The notes under the pieces: generated by a model
Told to the model about the DNA's origin: nothing
Seen by the model: only the letters and a program-made list of their open reading frames with translations
Database searches by the model: none
Source: Eledone cirrhosa
Taxonomy: Eukaryota
DNA length: 64,000 bases
Assembly (NCBI GenBank): GCA_964016885.1
Contig: OZ024754.1
Location: 11,656,001 to 11,720,000, forward strand
Direction: 5' to 3'
In this document: in pieces, positions 53,379 through 64,000 of the stretch
Position numbering within the stretch: position 1 is the stretch's first letter
How the letters are laid out: each line of letters opens with the position of its first letter
Program-made: the position numbers and the translations under genes

Positions 53379-53770
53379 CATACATATATATATATATATA
53401 CATACATATATATATATATACATACATATATACATACATATATATATATATATACATACATATATATATATATACATACATATATATATACATACATATA
53501 TATATACATACATATATATATACATACATATATATATACATACATATATATATATACATACATATATATATATACATATATACATATATACATATATACA
53601 TACATACATATATATACATATATACATATATACATACATACATATATACATACATACATATATACATACATACATATATACATACATACATATATACATA
53701 CATACATATATATATATATACATACATACATATATACATGCATACATATATACATACATATATATATAGA

Positions 53771-53804
<34 letters not shown>

Positions 53805-53984
53805 CATACATACATGCATACATATATACATACATACATACATACATATATACATACATATACATACATATATATATACATACATACATATATATACATA
53901 CATACATATATATACATACATACATACATACACATACATACATATATATACATACATACATATATATACATACATACATATATA

Positions 53985-54016
<32 letters not shown>

Positions 54017-54092
54017 CATACATACATATACATACATACATATACATACATACATACATACATATACATACATACATACATACATACATACA

Positions 54093-54123
<31 letters not shown>

Positions 54124-54247
54124 TGTTATACAGTGAGTGTGTTCTGTTACTAATTCTGGCAATATTACACAAATATGACCCTCCCCAATTATAACAATAT
54201 TTGTTTCGACACACGATTTCATATAAAAAACCTCGCAAAACTAATTC

Positions 54248-54300
<53 letters not shown>

Positions 54301-54849
54301 TACATATATATATATATATACACATATACATACATATATACACATATACATACATATATACACATATACATACATATATACACATATACATACATACACA
54401 TACATATATACACATATACATACACATATACACACATATACACATACATATATACACATATACACATATACATACACATATACACATATACATACATATA
54501 TACACACATACACATATACACATATACATACACATACATATATACACATATAGATACATATATACACATATAGATACATATATACACATATAGATACATA
54601 TATACACATATAGATACATATATACACATATAGATACATATATACACATATAGATACATATATACACATATAGATACATATAGATACATATATACATATA
54701 CATACATACATATACATACATATATATATACATACATACATATATATATACATACATACATATATATACATACATACATATACATACATACATACACATA
54801 CATATATATACATACATACATACATACATACACATACATACATACATAC

Positions 54850-54880
<31 letters not shown>

Positions 54881-55112
54881 CATACATACATATATACATC
54901 CATACATATATATACATCCATACATACATATACATCCATACATACATATACATACATACATACATATATATACATCCATACATATATATACATCCATACA
55001 TATATATACATCCATACATATATATACATACATATACATACATACATACATATACATACATACATACATACATATACATACATACATATATATATATATA
55101 CATATATATATA

Positions 55113-55721
55113 TGGTGGCTGCCAACTCGTTTTCGAGTATGGCCACTACTTTATATCCATTTAGGAGAACCCCCGCCGATTCGCTAACCGAGTGTGACTT
55201 TTTAGTCCAGCCAGCGACTTGAAAACTCTGGTACAAACACTTCACTTGTGACAATTATTGACACATAGTGCTGGGCCCATGGTACCATGTAACGACAAGT
55301 GCAGAGAGATCTCCAGATATAAAGCAATGCCTGTGCCGTGAAGCTTTTATAGTGAGCAAAAGCATTGCACAAAGCCAGTCCCACTCTCTTAACCAAGATG
55401 ATATTTACCAAAAAGAAGAACAAGTCAACATCATTGGATACCATGAGAGTTGCAGGTGTTATATCAGAGTTTTCCTTCTCCTAGAATTCTGCCTTGACAA
55501 AGGCTAAGGGGTCATCTCTCCCGGTGATTTTGGATGGCTATTGACTCTTAAGAGCTCCTTTTCCCTTTGACAGGTTTTGTTTTTAGTCCTGCAGGATGTC
55601 CAAAGTCACCCTCCTCACCAAGAAACCTTGGTGGGGTTGCCAGTTTAGTCGCCAACGACCCAACCATGAGACAGGTTGTACTGGGATACATGTTACCAGT
55701 AGCACCAACTGGTGACCTGAC
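55113..55721 (-). mobile_element. Bipartite non-autonomous RTE-derived retroelement (~610 bp)
   Basis: The 5' part carries the RTE 5'UTR-type motif CTAGGAGAAGGAAAACTCTGA. The 3' part encodes a C2H2 remnant (C)[18 protein letters not shown] and ends in an (AT)n(ATGT)n tail. No RT is present. Confidence 0.7.
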
Positions 55722-55828
55722 ATACATACATAAATATATACATACATACATACATACATAAATAAATACATACATATATACATACATACATACATATATA
55801 TATACATATATATACATACATACATATA

Positions 55829-56437
55829 TGGTGGTTGCCAACTTGTTTTCGAGTACGGCCACTACTTTATATCCATGTAGGAGAACCCCTACTGATGCGC
55901 TGAACAAGTGTGACTTTTTAGTCCAGCCAGCGACTTGAAAACTCTGGTACAAACACTACACTTGTGACAATTACTGACACATAGTGCTGGGCCCATGGTA
56001 CCTGGTGATGACAAGTGCAGAGAGATCTCCAGATATAAAGCAATGCCTGTGCCGTGAAGCTTTTATAGTGAGCAAAGGCACTGCACAAAGCCAGTCCCAC
56101 TCTCTTAACCAAGATGATATTTACCAAAAAGAAGAACAAGTCAACATCATTAGATACCATCAGGGTTGCAGGTGTTATATCAGAGTTTTCCTTCTCCTAG
56201 AATTCTGCCTTGACAAAGGCTAAGGGGTCATCTCTCCCGGATATTTTGGATGGCCATTGACTCTTAAGAGCTCCTTTGCTCTTTGACAGGTTTTGTTTTT
56301 AGTCCTGCAGGATGTCCAAAGTCACCCTCCTCACCAAGAAAACTTGGTGGGGTTGCCAGTTTAGTCGCCAACGACCCGACCACGAGACAGGTTGTACTGG
56401 GATACATGTTACCAGTAGCACTAACTGGTGACCTGAC
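55829..56437 (-). mobile_element. Second full copy of the bipartite RTE-derived element
   Basis: Collinear with 55113-55721. Truncated copies at 52812-53077(-) and 61262-61406(+), and a diverged relative at ~56529-56830. Confidence 0.7.
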
Positions 56438-56897
56438 ATATATATATATATATACATACATATATATATACATACATACACACATATATACACACATAAA
56501 TATATACACACACACATATATATATATATGATGGCTGCAAACTCTGCTAAGAGTATTGCAATCGCTTGTCATATTATAGAGTTTGGTCCACTTTTAGGCT
56601 ACGGCCAGCCACACGAACCTGTAAAAGATCCTGAACAAGCAATGCCTGTGCTTTGAAGGTTTTTAAAAGTGGGTAAAAGCCTTGCACTCGACCAATCCTA
56701 CTCTCTGAGCATCCAAAACACTACTCGAAAAGTAGAACTTGTCAACATCATCAGATGCTTCCGAAGCCGCCGGTTTTTATTCCAGTTTCCTCTCTCTTAG
56801 AAAAGTGTTGTGACAACAACTGAGGGCCTTTTACATACGTATATTCACATACATACAACATATATATACAGAGAGAGAGAGAGAGATTACATACATA

Positions 56898-58481
56898 TCT
56901 ATATTATAAAGCTGACGGCCGCATGTATGTAACAAACTTTTGGCCAAATGGCTGGACCAAAAAGCACCAAATTTGCACCTTTGATGTAACTTTTTCCAAG
57001 TAAGAAAGATATTTTATCGTTTATTTAAATATTCACTTTTTTAAAATTTTCAAATGTCAACACTTCCGGTTATACAACATTCCTCTCTCTTTCTTAGTCT
57101 GTCTTTTTAGATACATACGTGCCCTTATAATATGTCTCTGTATGTCTGGTTGTCTGCATTAGATACATAGCTATAATGTCGCACGCTTATAATATCTGTC
57201 TGTCTGGCTGCCTGTCTGCATTGACTTCGCTTCTAACCAACTTTTAATTAATTCAGTGGAAAGATATCGCATGCCCTCTCAATAATTAATTATATATATA
57301 CATATATAGTTAGTTATACTTGGGGAGGGTCATATTGTTGTAATAATATTGCCAGAATTTATAACAGAACACATTCACTGTTTGGTTGGTTTTCGCTTCT
57401 GTATCTTTTATATCAGTTAATTCATTCGGTCCTCAATGTTTACCATTGACTGACCAACGGTAAAAAATACAGATATAATATAGATATAAACATTATAGAT
57501 ATATAATTAGTGATAATAATAAATGTGAAGACTAAAATCCAAAGAGGGCTCAATAAGGATAAATATATATCAAATATATAAGAACCCTAGAGCAAATATT
57601 GTTCTTATTGCTGACGTATTATCTTCGCTTTTTTCTGTTGAAAGTATCATCTTCCTGTTTTCCTTCGGTTGCAACGTTTTTCGAAATATTTACTTCTGCA
57701 TTCACAGACTGATTTTTTTAGTTTCAGAAGATCCCGTTAAGGGTGAAAGCAGCAATTCTTTGCTTAAACTTTGTTATTTTAATATATATTTATATAATTA
57801 TATATTCATGTACAGATATTTTTGCATACACAAAAACAAAATATAAACAAATGTATTTATTTCACGAAAGCACAGATGGCTTATCGTCATTGTTACTGCC
57901 GATATGCCACCCAAAATTCCCAGCCTGGCCGCAAGATCAGATTTTCCAGAAGAAAAAATGCTACTAGAGCAACAGAGAGACTAAGCTTTGCGATTACCAT
58001 CAACAAAGCTCAGGGACAAACCCTAAAAGTAGCTGGCCTTCATCTGGGAAAACCATGCTTCTCCTATGGTCAATTGTATGTAGGATGCTCTCGGTGAGCT
58101 CACCAAACAATCTCTTCATCTTTGCTCCCGAGGGCCGAACAAAAAATATTGTATACTGAGGATCTAACAATGTAATTTATGTATTTTCTGTTACTTGGAA
58201 TTTCCATTATAGTTATACAAATTATTGTAAAGTTTGTTAAAAGATGTGTTCTCTGTTCAGCCTTTATTGTTGTAACTATCAATTTTCTTTAACGTACTGG
58301 CTGGTGAACTGGGGAATCCTAAAAACTATTCAAACCCAACATCTGAGTACGTTAACCCACCCCCACACCCTCGCTGACTTGAGAGGGCATGCGGTATCTT
58401 TGCACCGAGGTGGAGGAGGGATTCCTGAAAAGATAAAATGCCGGTATACCTAGCCGAGAGCCAGCTGGATGGTCCAGCTAG
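56898..58481 (+). mobile_element. Internally deleted Helitron with a Pif1-type helicase remnant
   Basis: 5' A|TCTATATTATAAAGCTGA; 3' hairpin AGCTGGA-TGG-TCCAGCT ending CTAG|T; ORF 57822..58097 ends RLSFAITINKAQGQTL...GQLYVGCSR (RepHel helicase motifs V-VI). Confidence 0.9.
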
Positions 58482-58568
58482 TAATACATATATACGGATT
58501 TTGGAATGAAAAATTCGAAAAAAAAAAAGTTAAACTTGAACACAGTATCTATCAACGATAAAGCTTAA

Positions 58569-58777
58569 CCCTTTAACATTTAAACCGGCCATATCCAACC
58601 AGAATACTCTCACCTCTGTCTGTTCAAATTGGCCATAACCGGCCACTTATACTTATGTTATAGTATTCTCAAAATAAATAATATCAAAATCTCATAGATT
58701 TGATATTATGTGAGGTTAAGTACGCCTTTACTGTGAAAATACAATAGTAAATATAGAGTAATGTAAATGTTAAAGGG
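58569..58777. mobile_element. piggyBac-type MITE copy (inverted relative to 2910-3115)
   Basis: TTAA TSD; TIRs CCCTTTAACATTTA / TAAATGTTAAAGGG. Confidence 0.85.
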
Positions 58778-59117
58778 TTAAACCTTTTCAATGAAGTAAG
58801 GAATGGGAAAACTAGTTTTAACACACACACACACACACCTTCAAGATATATTTTTATCATCTCCAACTCAACTACAGCTGATGTGATGAGCTTTCCATCA
58901 GTCTCATGACTGTATTCAATCAATAGAAGCAGGCAGTCACATTTTAATAATTTATTCAATAATTACAGCTGATTTAGATTCTAGACAATAGAACATAACA
59001 AAAAATCAAATATCAATACAAAAACTACAGGAGGGGAAAGAGATATACTGACATTCACAAACACACACATTTATATATGTACATACATTATACTATGGTT
59101 TACTATATATATATATT

Positions 59118-59155
<38 letters not shown>

Positions 59156-59685
59156 TATACATTAAACTATGGTGTATATGTTTGTATGTATATACATATA
59201 TACACGTGAGAGAGAGAGTCCCGGATTTAATCGGTGGGGTAATCACAGTAAGTAAAGTACTCAATACATTAGTAGAGTGTAAACATCAAATTTAATATAG
59301 AAATGGCTTCTACAGGACTCGAACTGTTTCATTCGAATGAAACAGTTCGAGTCCTGTATTAACCATCTCTCTCTCTCACACACACACCCACACACACACA
59401 CACACATTATATAAAGAAAACTGATGAATAAATGTCAAATATGAGGCGCGATGAGAACAGTTTCTAGTTTATAAATTAAATATTTTCACACGAAAAGCTG
59501 CTGCTGTTGTTAATGGTGTAGTGGGGTATTTTTTTGTTTGGTTTTTTATTGCTAGTTGTGGTGTTTGGCTCAATTTGCAACTTGTTAATCAAGAAGAGCA
59601 AGGTATCGTCTGCCTGTTCATTAATATCATTGCAAGTTGCATTAACGTAGTGCAATATATCTAAACTATAATAAAATATATTTAA

Positions 59686-59840
59686 AGGAAGTGTGGTAAG
59701 GAACCAGGTGGACCATAACGCACCAGAGTACTCGATACTATGAGTAGTAGAGTGGGTAATAGGAAAAGAGTCAGGACCCCGGCGGCTGAGCTGTCGAAAC
59801 GGTCGGAGCTCAGCCGTCGGGGTCCTGACTCTTTTCCTAT
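59686..59840. mobile_element. Short (TA)n-associated repeat family with fold-back end (probably Penelope 3' end)
   Basis: Shared core CTATTACCCACTCTACTAC...GAGTACTCTGGTGCGTTATGGTCCACCTGGTTCCTTACCACA at ~15325-15465, 45393-45583, 59686-59840 and 62103-62162, plus a relative at ~22730-22832. Confidence 0.6.
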
Positions 59841-60272
59841 ATATATCGATAGCAGACGCCCGGTATAACACCATATTAGCAGGCGGTCCCCGAATCGAAT
59901 TTTCTATTTTGTACATTCTCTTTTTTCCTCTATCTCCTATTCTATGGTTGGGTAATTCTGTTACATAATTCTGCAAATAACACCTGATGAAATCGCCTTG
60001 TCTTGCATCAAAATCGAATGATGGAGCTGGTAAATGGAAATACGTATAGTGCTTTCGCGGAATTAAAATTCTAAAATACATTTTCCAGCCCGGCCTTCTG
60101 TCGTTGTTTTAATGAATACTTTACTCCGTTCCTACACCAGCCACTGAAAACCACATCTGCGATGGATAATTTGCATAACGTTGAGCGCTTTAATTAATTT
60201 GTTGCATCAGCGTCTACCAATGCGAACCACCGGTTCTACCCATTGGTAAACAGCCTAACACACACACACACA

Positions 60273-60311
<39 letters not shown>

Positions 60312-60419
60312 TTGTAATAGAATGAAAACGAAATTTCATTTCTCACTCTTAGTACGGCACTTAAATGTAAGTATGTATGTATACGTACATACATATATGT
60401 ATACAGACGTACAGTAGCA

Positions 60420-60471
<52 letters not shown>

Positions 60472-60595
60472 CAGGTACACATACATACATACATATATGT
60501 ACGTATCAGTTTAGCGGACGCTAAACTGATACGTACATATATGTATGCTACTGTACGTCTGTATACATATATGTATGTACGTATACATACATACT

Positions 60596-60649
<54 letters not shown>

Positions 60650-60994
60650 TAACAGATCTGTTATTTTAATAAATATTTGCTCTACGGTTCTTATATATTT
60701 GATATATATTTATCCTTATCGAGCCCTCTTTGGATTTTAGTCTTCAAATTTATTATTATTACTATATATATATTATGGCTAAGAAATTAATATTTAAACT
60801 GTACTTCCCGTAATCAGTACTCTTTCCTCTCGTCTATCAACTACATAAGGATACATACATATACAAACACAGACACCCACGAAAATCGAAAGTAAAATGC
60901 TGACGACGACAGTGTATGTATGTTTGTATACATATATATTAAACGATAGTACATGTATGTCTATATACATATATATTAAACGATAGTACATGTA

Positions 60995-61053
<59 letters not shown>

Positions 61054-61409
61054 CGCTACATACAAACACACACATACGTATGTGTACAGAGGTGGATACT
61101 GATATAATTTTGGCTGCTGTTTCTGGTAGGTCGAGCAACGACAAAACCGCTCGACTGGATCGGAACGCACTAGTTGTTATTCAAATTGTTCACATACATT
61201 CGGGAGAGTGGGGGAGAGAGACAGAGGAGAAATGTGTGTATGTATGTGTGAGTATATATGATACCATGGGCCCAGCACTATGTGTCAATAATTGTCACAA
61301 GTGTAGTGTTTGTACCAGAGTTTTCAAGTCGCTGGCTGGACTAAAAAGTCACACTACAAGGATATAAAGTAGTGGCCGTACTCGAAAACGAGTTGGCAGC
61401 CACCATGTA

Positions 61410-61440
<31 letters not shown>

Positions 61441-62160
61441 GTATATATATATGTATATATATATATATATATGTAAATTAGTTTCAGAAGATCCCGTTGA
61501 GGGTGAAAGCAGCGATTCTTTGATTAAACTTTAATCTGTTATTTTAATAAATATATATAAATATATATATATATATATTATATATATATAGTCACACATT
61601 GATATTGAGGTAGAATTTGTTTGGTATTTTATTACATAATGCTATGATGTAGAATCGATTAATACAGACTTAAATGTCGAAAATCAAAGGTAGAGATAAA
61701 TTGATACAAATATATATGTGAGGGAGAGAGAGGGTGGCACAGAGAGAAAGAGGAAGCGAGAGAGAGAAAGCAAGAGAGGAGAGATAAAAGAGGAGGCATA
61801 GAGAGAAAGAGAGAATGAAATTGATTTATGTATAAATTGTATGCATACATAATATTACATTGTGATAGAGGAGGAGGAGGGGGGGGGGCAGATACTGAGT
61901 GGGAGTAAAATGTAGATTGACAGATGAAGCGACAGGTATATATAGAAAAACTGCGGAAGAAGAAAGGCAGGTGTAAATCATGTGAAAACTAAAATAAAGG
62001 CTTATGCTAGTCAATATATATTTTAAATTATATAAATATATATACACACACAATATATAGTTGAAAATGAACGAACAAAACACAGGAAGCAATTGTACAT
62101 ATAAGTATTGAGTACTCTGGTGCGTTATGGTCCATCTGGTTCCTTACCACACTTCCTTCG

Positions 62161-62196
<36 letters not shown>

Positions 62197-62203
<7 letters not shown>

Positions 62204-62465
62204 TGTAATAAACAACATAAGGCAATTATTTCATTTACCAGTGGTTTCTTAAAAGCAAAAAAATGTTGCTTTCAATCATCAGAATGAAAAAAATCCTGGC
62301 GTATTTATTGACGTTGGATTTTAAAATCCTTAGGTTTTTAAAATCCAACGTCAATAAATACGCCAGGATTTTTTCATTCTGATGATTGAAAGCAAACATT
62401 TTTTTGTTTTTAAGAAACCACTGGTAAATGAAATAATTGCCTTATGTTGTTTATTACATAACTAT
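62197..62465. repeat. Near-perfect long inverted repeat (~130-bp arms, almost no spacer)
   Basis: ATAGTTATGTAATAAACAAC...GGATTTTAAAA-TCCTTAGGT-TTTTAAAATCC...GTTGTTTATTACATAACTAT. Confidence 0.95.
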
Positions 62466-62526
62466 TAAGCTCTGTTACCTACATAGAGCACTCTTTTTTC
62501 CTGGACTCTTCCGACAGAATTACTTC

Positions 62527-62561
<35 letters not shown>

Positions 62562-62868
62562 TAACAGATTAAAGTTTAAGCAAAGATTCGCTGCTTTCAC
62601 CCTTAACGGTTCTTAATATTTGATATATATTTATCCTTATCGAGCCCTCTTTGGATTTTAGTCTTCAAATTTATTATTATTATTACGTGGATTGGCAGTA
62701 TCGGTAGAGGGTCGGACGCCATGCTTTCCAGCATAGTTACGTCCCTTTACGATCCGAGTTCAAATCCCGCCGAGGTTGACTGTCTTTCATCCTTACGGGG
62801 TCGATAAAATAAAGTACCAGTAACGCACTGGTTAATTGCTGACCTTGTGCTAACGTAGAAACAATTAT

Positions 62869-62939
<71 letters not shown>

Positions 62940-64000
62940 TATATATACACATAATATATTTACATAGAATACATATATATTCTAAGAAGGGCATCCTGCC
63001 GTAGAAAACTAGCCAGAGACATTTCTATATGATTAAGACACGGTCACCTGACCCAACTTGCCTCAAATGGGTCAACACGTCTAACCCATGCTAGCATGGA
63101 AAATGGACGTTAAACGAGAATGAATATATATATATATATATAATAAAATGTGTAAGTTTTTTGGGGGGAGGGGGTCCTAATTACATAAGGAAATTAAATT
63201 AATAACAGAAGACATGTCCAATCAGTTGTAAACTATGACAAGGAATGTTGGCGTTTCGAGGCCAACCAAAAAAAAAAAACCTGAATGTGCTGCCGCGGGA
63301 GATAGCGAGGCTAAGACACAAAATGAGTATCACCTGATACTTCAGTAAGGTGAGCCACCACTAACAATAATGGGAAATACCTCGTTGTCAGCGACCCAGC
63401 TCTTCCAAACCTCTCGAATGCCACAGGCTGGGGGGGGGGGGGGGAATAGTCGATATTACAACAGACCTGGTGTACAAAATAATATATGCCTACTCTATCT
63501 GCCTAACTATCCATCACACACAGCCATATACACACACACAATGAATGAATAAACTCAGCATTCAAGTGTCTGCATGGCTATATATTCTTCTCTGCATAGA
63601 TTAATTACTTTTTCTTCAACAGAATCTAAATCATACGAACTGTGACAGAGCGTTTAAATGATAATAACGAGCCACCAAGGATGTCAGTTTCTATGATGTG
63701 GGAAATTGACATGTTAGAGATTGTAACCAAATCACAAGTGTCAATGACGTGGTCACTCAACATGCTAAAGATAGAAGCCAAATCTTCCTTCAAATCACAA
63801 CACCCTAAACATGTTTAAACAAGACAAAACATTAAATAGTGTTGACCCAGGTATTTAAATGAGATGGATGAGCCAACAAGGGTATCTATGATGTGGTAAC
63901 ATAACATGCTAGAGATAATAGCCAAACCACACACCTTGTTAAACAAGACAAAACATATCGGATAAGGTACGCAATGTCTAAATTAAACAGCACATTAGAC

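Noticed and set aside
57960-58160. Host PIF1 helicase exon
   Set aside because: It is frameshifted and enclosed by Helitron termini, so it is a RepHel remnant.

Overview
Eukaryotic, AT-rich, microsatellite-dense genomic DNA, most likely an octopus or related cephalopod (inferred from the SINE/RTE repeat families and the long (TA)n/(TACA)n tracts). The only host gene I can support is the 5' part of a V-type H+-ATPase V0 subunit a gene (ATP6V0A1/Vha100/unc-32 family) on the minus strand. Five coding exons (38909-38793, 32682-32604, 25592-25495, 20239-20111, 8383-8274) splice in frame through canonical GT-AG sites, and the gene continues beyond position 1. The rest is intron or upstream DNA filled with mobile elements: a nearly complete RTE LINE with a PHD finger, two near-identical R4/Dong-like LINEs in (ATAC)n, bipartite non-autonomous RTE derivatives, CR1, Tx1/L1, CRE-like and Penelope fragments, Helitrons, piggyBac/hAT/Tc1 MITEs, about 20 tRNA-SINE copies and several TE-derived minisatellites. 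The most interesting signals are: candidate microexons and an in-frame UAG-terminated alternative acceptor in the variable region of the ATPase gene; Penelope-type hammerhead ribozymes, with perfect fold-back palindromes centred on hammerhead halves; an RTE bracketed by an exact inverted duplication; and a possible tail-makes-target relationship between RTE derivatives and the R4-like element. All calls were made by eye without database searches, and repeat boundaries are approximate.
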